64,000 bases of DNA, taken from Antechinus flavipes (taxonomy: Eukaryota). How positions within the stretch are numbered: position 1 is the first letter of the stretch; each line of letters starts with the position of its first letter. Shown one piece after another: positions 26,056-40,038 of the stretch. The translations under genes and the position numbers were made by a program. Location: assembly GCF_016432865.1 (NCBI RefSeq), contig NC_067398.1, positions 489,366,001 to 489,430,000 of the forward strand, read 5' to 3'. The notes under the pieces were generated by a model that was not told the origin of the DNA, did not search any database, and saw only the letters and a program-made list of their open reading frames with translations.

Positions 26056-28114
26056 TAATGTGACCTGTTTTTTGAACCAGTTTCAGAACATTGTCTCTAG
26101 CATAATTACAAATGGAGAAAACATTTCAAATTCTTCCCCATAATCTTTTTGCTGTTTACTTTCATCAAGCTTGTTTCAAATTTTTAAATATTTGATATAC
26201 AAACAAAAGAAGACACATGGCATATAGCAATATGACTAGGGTCCAACATATCTATCTGTATATATGCATATTGTGTATATGTATGCATATATATGTAGGC
26301 ATGTATACCCAAGTGTGTATACACAAGTATACACCATATATGCATGCATAATATTTGAAGTGCCTTCAGTCAGGTCAATCCAAATTATTATTCAAGGATT
26401 AATGATGAGTCTCCTGGATTATTCAGTTCTCATACTTTTATTTTTAGATTTGTACTTTTCTCCCCAAATGTGTTTTTTGAAGGTACTTTCTATTGTGTAG
26501 TATTGCTTTCTACTAGGATGAGAGAAAAGAAATAGATTATAGTGATAGCATTAATCATTTTGCACATAACTCAAAAAACAAGTAGATTGTTTAGTGCATC
26601 CCATGGAGAACTTAATGGAGACTTTAAATCATCTTTAGGTCTTATTGCAAATTTAGGTCTTATTACAAAAAATTGCAAATTATTTATGGAATATTGTATG
26701 TATCACCAATAAACACAAAATTTAGAAAATTATGTTTATGAAATTTCTGCTCTAACCTTGGAAGTATTGCATATTTTACAAGGAAAAATAGCACTAGGCT
26801 ATTCACCAAAGAAATCTTTTCCATTATTGAATTCTGGTTTGCCATTAGTAAGATAGAGAAATAACTATAATTTTTTCTATTTTATTTTATTTTTATTGTC
26901 ATTTTTTTCTTGCCGTTTTAAAAATGGAGTTAAATAATTGCATTTCAGTCATTTACTATATACTTTGTGCTTTATATAAGCTTATAAATTAAATTACTTG
27001 GAGAATGGAAATGAAAATATCACTTTTACTTTAAAAAATTTTTCTTATCCTTCTTTTCAAATCAGAATTATTCTACATTAAGCTATGAATTACTGCAGAT
27101 TGCCAGGGGAAATTATTTCATTGCCTCCTTAGTTCTAGGACCCTTTCTAAAAATAGATTGTGGCTGAACCATGAAATCAAGTAAAACTGCACCAAAATAC
27201 AGTACTCATAGAAATAAGATAAAAATTGCCCAGTCTTATAGATTAGCATACTCCTACCACATTAGTGGTTGAATGTTCTAAAAAAGGAAACCAGGATTTC
27301 TATTTACTTCTAATTGCATTATCCACAAAATGATCCTGCTTAATTGAGTAGCTCGCATGCTGTGCTTGTCACTTTTCTAAAGCATGGCTGCTAAATAAGG
27401 GCAAATATTGATTGTTGCTATTTTAATTGTTTGTTTTCAAAATATAACTGCCTGTTCAGAAGTCAAACATGATCAAAATATATACACTGCACCCCCAGCC
27501 CACAACATTCAGCATCTCTTGCTTGACTTGAGTATTCCTGTCTTTCAGAAAGGTCTGTTTATACTAAAACCTCAGCTATTTGAAATGAATGGAGATTGGA
27601 GCATCCTGGCTAAGTGAATATTCTGGTTAGGTATGGATGACTTTGTTGTTTGACTTTGTTAAAACTTGGGAAATCCCTGAAATAAAGTAAATTGAATGTA
27701 ATTAAAATTTTCTATGATTTAGGTTCCTCAAGGTCATCAAAAATTCAGAAATGAATTATAATTTTGCAGGACAGTATGTATAGTGGGTTCATGAGATTTT
27801 GCTGAAAGAGTAGGTATTATGACACATCCTGATTGTTGTATAGTGGCTAGGTCATCATTTTCTTGATCTTTTTATGATTGATTCCTCCAAACATCAGGAG
27901 CCACCAACTACCCATAGTCTGAACTTGTTCCTCAGATAACAAAATATCCAGGCCATTGCTAAAAGTTCTTTAGACCGACGAAATTCGGAAGAGAACTTTC
28001 TTGTCCATAAGACACCAGCTTAGCCAATGTAAAACATACTATATTTGCTATCCCCATAAAAAACATAAACTTCTTGAGGACATAAACAGACTAGTTCTCT
28101 TTTTCAAAATAAGT

Positions 28115-28530
28115 TTTTCTTGATATATTTATATCACATAAATAATAATTTTATATTTGTATGTTAAAACCTTTTTTATGTAATTTTCCTCAATATTTCT
28201 TCCCTTGCCAGAGAGCTGTCCTATATAACAAATAATGTTTTTAAAGACAAAAAAAAAAAAAAAAGAGAGAGAGAGAGAGAGAGAAGAAGAAAGTCAGAAT
28301 TAACTGATTACCATAACAAACAAGTTTGAAAATTTAGGCAGTATGCAACTGTTGTGGACTTTCTACTTCTGCAAAAGGGTGAAGAGAAAATCTTTTTTCA
28401 TACTTCTTTTTTTGAGACATGCTTGTTCTTTATAACTTGTCAACATGTGTGTATGTATGTGTATGTTTATTTTTTCCATTCACATTGTTGTAGTTATTGC
28501 ATATTATAATGTTTTCCTGGCTTGGGAAGG
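28115..28530 (-). mobile_element. Old marsupial L1 3' end containing an A-run and (GA)n
   Basis: Degraded L1 3'UTR-like antisense sequence ending CATTGTTGTAGTTATTG...TGTTTTCCTGGCT. Confidence 0.5.
28249..28284. repeat. Poly-A plus (GA)n microsatellite
   Basis: Read directly from sequence. Confidence 0.95.
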
Positions 28531-28959
28531 GACAATTTCACTTCTTTCTTATTTCCAGAATCTTATCAATCACAGAGCCTGGTACATAGTAGGAGTTAAT
28601 AAATCTTTATTGATCGATACAGCTTTTTGGAATTTAGAAAGGTTTTATTTTTATTATTAGAAATGATATATAATTTCCCCAAATCATAGAGCAAAAAGGG
28701 ACCTTTAAGGTTATGTATTGTCCATTCCATGCAAGAGTGCCTGACAATCCCTATCCTGTTTTTATTCGTATTCCATGGTGGTTGGGAGGGGAGGGGGACA
28801 ATTTGTGTTTTTAAAAAAGTTATTTTTTTCTATGAAGCTGAAATTAGTCTTTCTTTAACTACTACTCCTTTTCCTTACTCCCTTTTAATATTGACATGAA
28901 CTTTGCTCAATTTTTTTTTTTGGGGGGGAAGCTTAGAAGTTCTTTTGTTTTTCATGATC

Positions 28960-29150
28960 TTTCAAATATTGTAGATAATGGCTTAAACAACACATCTAGA
29001 AATTCTTTCAGTACTATTTTATGGAATTTTGAAACGGGGCCTGAGGATTTGAATGCATTTAAGGCAACTAGATCTCTTACTATAGGCATCATAGGTTTTT
29101 CTTCTCTCAATTCAATTGAAGACATTTTTCACTACATACTGTTACCAGGT
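28960..29150 (-). mobile_element. L3/CR1 fragment
   Basis: GGGCCTGAGGATTTGAATGCATTTAAGGCAACTAG resembles antisense CR1 ORF2. Confidence 0.4.
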
Positions 29151-30049
29151 TAAAGCAGTAGGTGTATACAGAGATTAATAATGGTAGTTCCTTCCTTGAA
29201 GGACTAAAATATGATTTAAAAATGCATGAATCATAATATAGCATGAAGACTTTGCTTGGTACATAAAAGAAGTAAGAATTTGGGAAAAATTAGAAGAGAG
29301 CTAGAGAAGACACCATTAAGGAGGTAGCCTTTGAGTCAGACCTTAAGAGGACTTTTAGGATTTCAGTAGGTAGAAATAGGAAATTGTTCTGTAGCAAAGA
29401 ATGTGGGGAAAAAAGGACATAGAGCTAGAAAAAAGAAGGATGAGTTTAGGAAATGAATTAACTATAGATCAACATATTTTGAAGACTTGTGGAAGAGAAT
29501 TTGCATACTAAGTACAAAAAGCTTTAGATTTTTCAAGTGGTATTTACAAAAACCTCACCTAATCTCACTGCGTTTAATAGGCTTATTTTCAGTAAAAAAT
29601 CTTTATATGAGTACAGTCTATTAGTACAATATATGCATATACACATCTCTTAATTACAATGATAGTAGTAAATGGGAAACATATTTTAACTGGCCATGGG
29701 TTTATTATCTTTGGTATTAAAGGAACAAAATTGAAAGTCTTAAGCACCCATACCTTTGAAGGGAAAGGAGACTAGAATAATACAGAATGGATAATCCCTA
29801 GATTTGGCTTTGAAATACAACTAATCATGTATACCAACTAAATCTTTTATTCCTGGCTCTTCATTCTCTAAAAGCTTGGTCTTTTTTTCTGTAATTTGAA
29901 ATCAAATTGGATAGGTTTGTTAAAATGTTGTTAAATATGACCTCCCTCAATAACTTTTGAGTAGCTCACAAAACAAACAATATGCTCATAAAGTCTTGAA
30001 TTTCAAAGGGTATCAGAGATATGAGTAAATTACTATTTAAAAAGACCCA

Positions 30050-30175
30050 AATATCAATGGTGCTAAACAATAAATTCCTTGAGAACAGGGTCCATGTTTT
30101 ATTTTTCTTTGTCACCTACATAGTACCTTGAATGTGTGAAATACTTAATAAGTGCTCGTTTAAGTATTGAAATTG
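30050..30175 (+). mobile_element. L2 3' tail
   Basis: TTCCTTGAGAACAGGG...TACTTAATAAGTGCT. Confidence 0.6.
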
Positions 30176-31823
30176 ATAATTTTTAATTTGAGAAAAAAAT
30201 TGAGGTTGAGAACTTAATGGACTATGATTAACATTTTATTAAAAAGTAAATACAAAGAATTGGAGAATCATAAAATTTTAGAGCTGGAAAGATCCCCATA
30301 GATCTTATAATCTAATTCATTTCTTTGATTGATGAGAAAACTAAGACCCAGATGGTGCCTAAGAATTTGAAAGGTTATGAATAGTTTAAAGGATGTGGAA
30401 CTCATGGATGTCATCACAAAATGTGATCAAGCTGAAAGTCAAGATTATAGATTGATAGCTTATTCTAGTGATATCCTTGGAAGGTTGTGATCATGTTCAT
30501 GGTCACAGATTCTTTGAAACTATTAACAGTTATTTTTAGGATTGATATAAAAGTGAATATTTATATCTTAGCTGGTAGTAAACAGAAGATTTGGTAACCT
30601 AAGATGCTGGAGAATATAAAAGAGGTAGATTAGGTAAGAATTTAGGCGAATGAACAAGCAATTTAGATATGAAGTTTATTAAAGAATATTTTAGGGGCAT
30701 ATTAAATCCCTAAATTTTTGAACTTGACCTCATAAAAAGCAACTCCTAGAATCTTGACTTTAGAGTTAAGAATATCTGAGGTCACACGATCCTATCTCTC
30801 ATACATACTGTCACCAGGTAATCTCAATGAAACCATATGACATATGATAATTGCAAAACTTAAATGAAATAATACATGCTGAGTTTTATAAGTTCTAAAA
30901 CACTGTGTGTGATTCATAATCATTGTCATCACCACCACTCAATACTGGTGTCATTTATATTCAAAGTGGACATGATGTGGATCTGATTGGTTATATTCCT
31001 ATTCTTTTATGTTTATCCTAGAAAAACTTGAATTTGCAAGTTCTTTTTTTTTTATTACTTACTATTCCAAAATTTCCTTTACTTAGGATAGTCTATCTTG
31101 ACATTTTATTAGGCACATGCAAAATTAGGATTCTTTAAAGATCCGAGTTAAGCTTTGAAATATTATTTGCTTAAAGGAGCTCAATCATTATGGATGATAT
31201 ACAATAGTGTCTAATATGTCTGATTTTTGTCTGATATTTGTTTGATAACTATGGTCAGGTTCTTTGTTAGTGTTTTAGAAATGTTTAGACTAGTATTTTC
31301 TGATTTGGTTAAATTTTAAAAGATTAACAAGGACGGATCTCTCTTAATCTGGTCTGACAAAGCTGACACAATAGCCAACATAAGGGAATTGGAAAAGGGC
31401 AGAGGGCAGAAATCTTTGAAACTGTGCAGCTGTTCATTGTATTTTAAATAGTTACAGTTTCCCTAACTTGTCACTTCATTACAAAAGCATGTATCTCTAG
31501 GGAGATGCCTGCATCTGTCTCCAGGGAGGTGAAATTTCACTTATAATATTGTCTAACTTACCTGGATGAGTTTCATAGAAGACTGTGGAAATGGTCTTAA
31601 AGAAGAACACTTAAAGAAGTATTTTTAGAACTGACTGCCTTTTTCAGCTAGACCTTTTGAGTAAGAATAATGAAATGACTGATGTTATCTATACAATTTA
31701 TTATACACTTAGTAATTCTTTAAATATTCTGACTTCTATTATCTGCGTGTGACCCTGGATAAAACACTTGCTCTGAAATACCAATTTCTAAACTATGAAG
31801 TCAAGAAATAGGACTAGATCAGG

Positions 31824-32015
31824 GATTCTTAATCCAGAATTCATGAACTTATTTGAAAAATTATTTTGACAGCTATTTCAATATAATTGGTTTCCCTAGT
31901 AAATCTACATAGCTTTGTTTTGTGTACTTAAAAATATGATTCTGAGAATGGATTTATAGTCTTTACTGGATTGTCAAAAGGTTCCATGACAAAAAAAAAG
32001 CTAAGAAACCCTAAG
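31824..32015 (+). mobile_element. Charlie4-like hAT MITE
   Basis: CAGGGATTCTTAATCC start, TATTTCAATATAATTGGTTTCC interior, GGTTCCATGACAAAAAAAAAGCTAAGAAACCCT end. Confidence 0.75.
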
Positions 32016-32591
32016 CTAGATCATTTCTAAGATTTCATGATTTCTAGGATTATATGAGAAATTCTTAAAATTGAAAAAAAGCATTCTGGATGTGTCCTTT
32101 GAGAGTAATCTTTAAAGTATGGGCTGATTTTTGATGTTTCGTCAAATAATCATTGTCTTACAATGTGTCAACATCACTCTTTGCTTGTATGGCTTTTAAT
32201 AATATGGATCCCAGGGTAAATTTTGTTTGATCAATATTTATTCCTTTTTTGTTTTTCTAAATCATTGGCCTTTTGATATGATGAATGTAAACAATTTAAT
32301 TATTTTGAACTTCTGACTATCATAATGACATTAGGCCACCTTTAAACATTTATTATGATGTTTCTTTTACTATAGTTAAAACTACAGTTATTCCTTTTAA
32401 GTCATTTTTATAATGTTGTCCTTCATAATCAAAGAGATTCAAAATAACATCATGATGTGTCAGGGTCAATATACGGTGTTTCTGACTGATTGTACCTTTA
32501 TGAGATTGAAAAGCTCTACCACATGAACTACAAATAGATCATATGAACTTAGTGGAAGGAGATATCTCTAAATTTTCTCATCTCACAACTC

Positions 32592-32746
32592 NNNNNNNNN
32601 NNNNNNNNNNNNNNNNNNNNNNNNNNNNNNNNNNNNNNNNNNNNNNNNNNNNNNNNNNNNNNNNNNNNNNNNNNNNNNNNNNNNNNNNNNNNNNNNNNNN
32701 NNNNNNNNNNNNNNNNNNNNNNNNNNNNNNNNNNNNNNNNNNNNNN
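32592..32746. other. Assembly gap (155 N)
   Basis: N run. Confidence 1.
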
Positions 32747-33444
32747 ATCAAATTTCCTCCCTGATTCTGTTAAAGTTGCTTTTTTAAAAACAAAATAGAG
32801 ATACCACAGATATTTTTAGGATTGTTATATATTGTTAATTTGTCATCATATTCAGTAAATTGGAATGTCTGACTTGGCTCTGGACATGAAGAAATAGCAT
32901 CTCTTTTAAAATACTAAACTAAGAAAATTAGGCATTGTTCAACTACTGTAAAAATCTATTAGTGAGGATTTTATATTATGTTATTAAATTAACCAGTTCA
33001 TCAGAGAAGGAGAAAGTCTTGCGATTTTCTTTGGAAACAAAGGTAGTTTATTAGTCCCTAGAATAGGACCCATGTAGACCCTACTGAAAGCATGCTAAAA
33101 CCCTCTCCATTTGGTTGATTGCTTTTCCAAGTGCCTGGCTTTTCAGAAGGCTAACTGATTTGTAAGTTTTCTTTTTTTAGGAGAGCCTTCTCTTCAGTTT
33201 AAGGAAACCATGCTTTAAAAAATTAATCCATTAAGCTTGTAATCAGAACAAATGGTGTAATCTCCATCAAGTTGTTATTTCATCTTCTGCCTTGAGTATT
33301 CTAAAAAGGACTAAAAGCTTCTCACTTCTTTCTTGGAAGTCTTCTAAGAGTTGTATATGAAACTTCACAAAATCAAACTAAAGACTGTGGAAACTGAATT
33401 TAAAATAGAGGTTGTTGTGTGTCATGGACATCTTTGACAGTTTC

Positions 33445-33580
33445 CTAAAGCCTCTTTTTTTGAATAATGTTTTGAAATACATTAAATAAAAATACATAGG
33501 ATTATAAAGAAAATCAGTTATGTTGAAATAGTTATCAAAATACTTTTAAAAAGTACCTAAATCCCAAGATAAGAGTCCCT
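33445..33580 (-). mobile_element. Charlie4-like hAT MITE fragment
   Basis: GAATAATGTTTTGAAATACATTAAATAAAAATACATAGGATTA...GTTATCAAAATA is the reverse of the element at 31824. Confidence 0.65.
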
Positions 33581-34699
33581 ATCTAATAATTTTCTTAATT
33601 AAAACAAATCTCTGTTATATTAAGGTATCTTTGAAAAAAAGCTGGTATTTCATTATTTTCTTACTGATCAAAATAAATTAAAAGAATTATTATGTATCAT
33701 TCATTTAGTAAATATTTACATGTGAGGAATAGGCTGGAGATATACACACATGCACACATTTATTTGTTTATTCATATCTCTGATTATAAATACATATTCA
33801 TTTTGAGTAGCAAGAAATATAGGTGATGGTTTTAAATTAGAGGAGATAAGAAAGTAAGATATATCATCACAATTTGTACAGCATGTAATGCTCTTCTATT
33901 AAGGCCCTAGGTTAGTGCAGTTAAGAAACTTAACTCTTGGCAATTTTCTGTTGGGAGTTACAGAAAGCCTATAATCTGAATGTGTATATTTATTTTTGCT
34001 TTAAATCAACATATATCTAGATTTAGATTTTTTTTTATTTTGGCAATTCTGCGGACAAATATGGGAAGAGCAACCTTTGCAATAAAAATGAAAAATCAAT
34101 GCAAACAGCCTGAAGGGTTTAAATGCTGGGTATTAGTTTGTAGAGACTAATGCTTTTTCAGAATCCTCAGGTGACTTTACTGTTGGATATAGAAATGTAA
34201 GTCTTAATATCTGCTATCCTGGTGTTGTAGTAATAAGTAGGCAGAAATTAGAAGGAAGTTTCTCTTTTACCAGGAATAGGTGTGCTTTAAAAAAAATAGT
34301 GATAGAATACTTGCAAGTTTTATGAACTTAATAATTTTATAGTTGGAAAAGATAATTAAAGATCACCTAATTTGGCCCGTTTTGTTTTAATTTTGGAATT
34401 AATGGCACTTTGTATGCTTGGTTTTATTTATTCATTCAACCATTGTTCAGCACATAGATATTTAATAATACCTGTTGTGTACTTACCAATTCTCTAGTTA
34501 TTTTTGGACAATGATTTAAATAAGGCAATATTATTGTACTCATGTAATTTATAGCCTATTTTAAATGGTCTGTGATCAGACATATGGGAGATCAGTTTGA
34601 ATTTAAGTTCTGTTACTTGTTACTACCTGTGTGATCTTGGCTTAGTGATGTCACCTCTCTGCTTTTTGGTTCCCTTACCTGTACCTTAAGGTGGTTGGC

Positions 34700-34915
34700 A
34701 TAAGCATGTGAACCTGAATTCAAGTTCCCACCTCAGACATTTTACTAGCTGTGTGTCCCTGGGCAAAATTACTTAATTCTGTCTCCTTCAGTTTCATCAT
34801 CTGTAAAATAAGCTGGGGAAGGAACTGACAAACTACTCCAATATAACTTTGACAAACTCTCAAATAGGTTCATAAAGAGTCAGATATGACTGAAACTATC
34901 GATCAACAACACAAA
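34700..34915 (+). mobile_element. MAR1-type SINE
   Basis: CCTGAATTCAAG..CCACCTCAGACA...CATCTGTAAAATAAGCTGGGGAAGGAA...AAAGAGTCAGATATGACTGAA. Confidence 0.75.
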
Positions 34916-36379
34916 ATGGGCATATGAGATCCTGTTATAAGTCCATGATCCTATGTAGATGGTTAATGAGACAGCTTAGGAGAAAAACTGAAATTTTCTC
35001 ACTTTGAAACCATAGCTCTTCATTATACCACTTAAATGGCCATAACGTCATTTTTTCTTGAACAACCCCCACCAAAAAAAAAAAGTCAAAAAAGAGAATC
35101 TACCTTGTGCATTGTTTTCTTTATACTTTGACTACATTCTTTCATGCAAAATTAGCAGGGGAAAACCACTTATAAGCAATATTGTCAAAGACTTGCTTGA
35201 AATATAGGAGAAGGTCCTAGAGTTTGTTTCTGGATTTTGTGTGACTTTCAAAAATTTTAAATTAAAAAAAATATTTTTAGTTCCAAGTTCTCTCTTTCCT
35301 TCATTTCCTCTTCCACCCATTGAGAGAGCAAGATTTTTTCCCCCATAACAGAAGCATATGAATCAGATCCTACCTAGGGCAAATTTAAAACTAAAATTGG
35401 ATATTATAGAGAACTATTTCAAACCATTGAAGCCATTAAAGACTGCTGTTTATAATATATAAAAAAAATTAAAAAGTCTCAAAAAAGGACCAGAAGTACT
35501 TTAAAATGCCTGTGTGATTTTGGACCTTCTCCATTTCTTTTGTATGTTTACTTTATATTGATTTTGGATTACATATTCCTTAATCTATATGTGAGTTCAT
35601 CTGACATCCATGTGGGATTCTCTCTTTTATAGATGGAGGAACTTAGGCTCAGAAGTAATGAGTTTCTCAAGGTCCTTCAGATAGATTTTAAACAACAGAT
35701 TAGAGACTAAAACTCAAGTCTTTTGTTTTAGTTATGTCCCAGAGACTTACTTACATTTTTATAATCTGATACCTCCTGTTAATTTGAGGAAAATTTGGCA
35801 AAAAATCCCTTGGAGAGTTGATCGAATAGCCTTGGTTATTTGTCTTCCAATTAGGGGTTGAAATACAGAAGGGGATTAGTGTGAAGAATGGATCACCCTG
35901 AGGGTTCTCTCTTCTCCAATCATAGGAAGAAACTTTTTGAGACAAAGTGGTATTACCTTGCATAAAGCTATCATTCTCTAACCTTTTGGTGTACTCAACT
36001 TGGCAAATTTTGTTCTTCAGGAGATTATGGCCTAAGGTTTGCTAAATAGGAAGATACTGGTAGGGAGGTTCCCTGGAAAGGACTTCAGGACTACAGGACA
36101 TCTTGCATTAAGAACTGATGAGTCCACATGGTTTTGGGGAGAGGTCAAAGGTCTTATTGAGGATCTTAGGTCACATGTGGGAGTAGAATTATGAGCTCAG
36201 GACAGATGGGAACAACTTGCTCAAACATTTGGTACTTAAAACTAGTGCCCAGGATATAATCCACTTGACCTCTTGGTAGTGGTGTAATTGAGTGTTTCAT
36301 AATTGAGGTTGTAAGAGAAATTTAGAACCTCTTAAGTTAATAAGTTATGTCTCAACAAGGATTTTTCGAAAGAAGTGCA

Positions 36380-36850
36380 AAACCAATCCTCCCCTCAAGT
36401 AGCTCACATTTTAATAAGTGAGACATGCAAACAACCATGTGCATAACATAAATTCTAGTAGAACATATATTTAATTATGAATATATTATAAAATAGAATT
36501 ACAGTATAGTTTATTTTACATAAGTGCACATTATATAACATAAATATATGCAAACCATAATTGCATGTTATATGTAGAGTGATATGTATATAATGTATGT
36601 CTATATAAATTTGAATTAGAGAATAATTCTATTTTGTAATTATACCACTCTGTATATAAATATTTAGAGAGAATTAGAGAATAATATGTGGAAGTGAGGA
36701 AAGTATAAGAGAACTTCAAAGGACCTTAAAAGCCATCAAAAGGATTTTTATATTTGATTCTGGAAATAGTAGGGAAGCCACTATGTTTCATTGAGGAGGT
36801 GGGTGATAAGGTCATAGTTGTGCTTTAGGAAGATGACTTCTCTTAAAGAA
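36380..36850 (-). mobile_element. L2 fragments interrupted by AT-rich low complexity
   Basis: CCCCTCAAGTAGCTCACATT...; AGGATTTTTATATTTGATTCTGGAAATAGTAGGGAAGCCACT. Confidence 0.55.
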
Positions 36851-38569
36851 GAGGTGGCAGACAATTAGACTGTCAGGGAGATAGCAGATAAGGCCAGAAG
36901 ATATTAGTCAAAGATACAAAAAAAATTCTTTGACAATTTGAGCTATAATACTTGCTAATGGGAAAAGAAATATCTTATAAATTTGTTTTCTGGTTACTTT
37001 CTAAATAGGAGCATTAGCCAAGAGAATTGTGATAAATGTCTAAGTGTGGGAAGCATGATTTTGAACTCGGGTATTGCTTACTCCAAGTACAGCATTCATC
37101 CATTATATCACCCAGCTGCTATTAAACATATGTCTTTAAAATATTATTTACTTCATAATATTTTAATCCAACATGGAAGTTTTTCAGGAGCAAATTAATT
37201 GCGTGAAAGAAGCTAAATTTGAGTATATATTATCATGATGATAATATTAACATTGATTTTGATTTTAGAAACTTGTAGCACTTATATATATTATCTCCCA
37301 CATAGTAGGTACTTAATAAATATTTATTGACTGATCAAATTCTGCCAACTTATGATTTAAATTGCTATTGTGAATTTGCCCCCCAAATATAAGTTTTAAT
37401 CTTTATCATATTGAAGATATATGAAAATAATTCTTTGATTTTTTTTGATGAAGGCAGCTGTCTGTAGTAGAGATATTATTCTTGAATGTGAGATAGTTTC
37501 ATTCTTTAGAAACTATCTCTAGTACTGGGCACGATTCTGGGCAAAGAATAAGTGCTTAATAAGTGATGTTTGATGAATTGAGTGTCACAGCTTGCATCTT
37601 TTACTTGAGCTAAGTCCAAAGGCTTTAGTTAGAAAGTTAATTTACTTCTAATTGTGGTTACTTTATAGATTGGTCTTTCTAGCTGTTGTTGATATATCGT
37701 AACAGCCCTGGCAGCATGGAAAGACAACTATTTGACAATATGATTTAAATACATTTTTCTAACCCTGAACCATTTAAAATAATCATTGGAAGTAGCATAC
37801 ATAAGATTAAATATATCAAGATTAACAAGGAAGATATCTTTCATCAGTATTTATGGTAACCATATGACTAAAAATTTTTAGAATAGCTCCAAGTTGGAAA
37901 AAATTGAGGAGAATTTTAATTAATAGCCTTGGTCAGACCATGTGTCTTGAGTGTTAGTTTGGAAAATGTGGTCACTTCAGTGATATGCTGTGATTTTTGT
38001 CCCAGAGTTTCATCTTCAGCCCCTTTATTGATAGTTTGCTATAATGAGGCATTAAAAACAAGGCTACTGTATTGGAATACTACTACTCACTGTCAGATGG
38101 CATTTGAAGAACTTAGCCAAAGCATGGTCTGTGTGTGCTATGAAAAAAATTAGAAACAGAAATTTTGAATGCTTAGTCTCTAGTTAAGAATCAAATGACT
38201 AAATTAAATTGTTTGATTTTTTTTTCCCTTTGGAGACATGGCCTATGCATATTTAAAGTAATTTAATTCAGTATGTTTTCTCATTAGTCCTACTGCTTAT
38301 CTCTATGATTGACTCTAATAATGGTTCTACTTATGAAGATAGCTGCATTTAAACATTCACTTGCTGCAAACAAGGGAACTGGGGAGAGAGATGATTAGCA
38401 CCCCACTACATTCTTAGTGGAATTGTAAATTGTTCTAGATATTCTGGGAAACAATCTGGAACTATACTGTGTACAAAATCCTTTGCCCAAGCAAGACTGT
38501 TAGTAAGCCTTTTTAAACTCCAAAGAGAAAAAGAATAAAGAAAAGAATCTAGAGACTAGCTAAACAAAT

Positions 38570-39000
38570 TCATATTTAAATGTCATTCATTTGAATGTAA
38601 TGGAATATTATTATAATTATGTCATAAGAAAAGACAAGTTTTAGAGAAACATGAGAAGACTTAAATGAATTGATTCAGAATAAAATGAGTAGAACCAGAA
38701 GAATAATTCGCATAATGGAAGTAGTATACAGGAAAACAACTTTGAAAGACTTGAAAACAGATCAGTGCAGTGATTAATCATGATACCAGACGATTGATAC
38801 AGAGCTTGATACTCCTGCTCTTGACAGAAATCTGATAGATAAGCTAAAGATCAAAAATTTATTTTATTTGATTTTTTGCGTATTTGTTAAAGAGGTGTTG
38901 ATACCCCTCTCCCTCCCATTGCATGCGGTTATTATTTAGAGCATTTAAAGGGAAATGGGGATATAAGGAAGCAAAAAGTTAAGAAAGAAGCATCATTTTT
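38570..39000 (+). mobile_element. Old L1 3' end (ORF2 C-terminus and UTR)
   Basis: TGAATGTAATGGAATATTAT...GAAGACTTAAATGAATTGATTCAGAATAAAATGAGTAGAACCAGAAGAA. Confidence 0.75.
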
Positions 39001-39469
39001 TTTTTGTTTATTTTAAACAAAACAAGAACAAACACGAGCAGAAGGAAGACAGAGGCCAAATGCCATACAGCTTTAAAAAACTACAGGTTGAATCATATTT
39101 TAAACGAAAAACAAGTTTTACATAATATAGACAGGCAGTTTCATATAGGATCCATCTATACATTATTTTATATGTGTGTGAAATGAGGTAATATCTATAT
39201 TACATACAGATGACATAAGCATTTCCATATAGATAGTAGAAATGTCTATTTCTCCTGGTGTTTAAATTCAGAACGAAAATACATTAAAATCACTTTACCT
39301 ATGTTAATTTTAAAAATAGATACTCATAATTACATTGCTAGAGTCAATTGATTTTTATTTTCTTATATTGTGATTATTTTTTCTAAAAATTATGGAAGGG
39401 ATAATTATAGCTTGCTATCTTTTTATACTGCTTAGCAGATGCTTTACTACTAATACAATTGTAATAAAA

Positions 39470-39670
39470 TACTGATACTATGATATGCTATACTTTACTG
39501 AATTATATTATGTATTACCTCATTTCATCTTTAAATGCTGTGAAATAAGTACTTTTATTATCCCTATTTTTACAGATGGGAAAACTAAACCAAGAGGTCA
39601 TGTGACTTGTCGATAATCACAGAGCAAGTCAGTTTTGTAGGATAGATTTAAATAATTCTTGGGATATACT
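39470..39670 (-). mobile_element. MIR fragment
   Basis: TATTATCCCTATTTTTACAGATGGGAAAACTAA...GTGACTTG. Confidence 0.7.
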
Positions 39671-39724
39671 AAGCACTTGATAGATCTTGTTGTTGAATGA
39701 ACAAATAAAATAGATTGTGGGCTA

Positions 39725-40038
39725 CAGTTATCCCTTTCACATTGTGGGGGTTAGGAGCAGGGGATTCCCCTATGATTTAGAAAATCTATATAAGATTTTT
39801 TGGTCTTTGAACCAGAGAAGTCTGAATTTTTTTCTTTTTCTTATATGGGCTGTTTACAGAACCGTATTGTAAAATGTAGGTTAAGTATTTGGTCATAGGC
39901 TCTGTGTCATCTGCTGTCCTTTATGTGACCTCTATGGTTTCTGCAAAACTTCCCCCAAATTTGCATTTAAATTCTTATGCTGATCCAGGAGGTATCAAAA
40001 CCATGTTGGGGAAAGTTGTGATGTGAAAGGGACAACTG
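39725..40038. mobile_element. Tc1/mariner (Tigger-like) MITE, complete, 314 bp
   Basis: TA|CAGTTATCCCTTTCACAT ... ATGTGAAAGGGACAACTG|TA: 18-bp TIRs with 1 mismatch and a TA target duplication. Confidence 0.9.
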
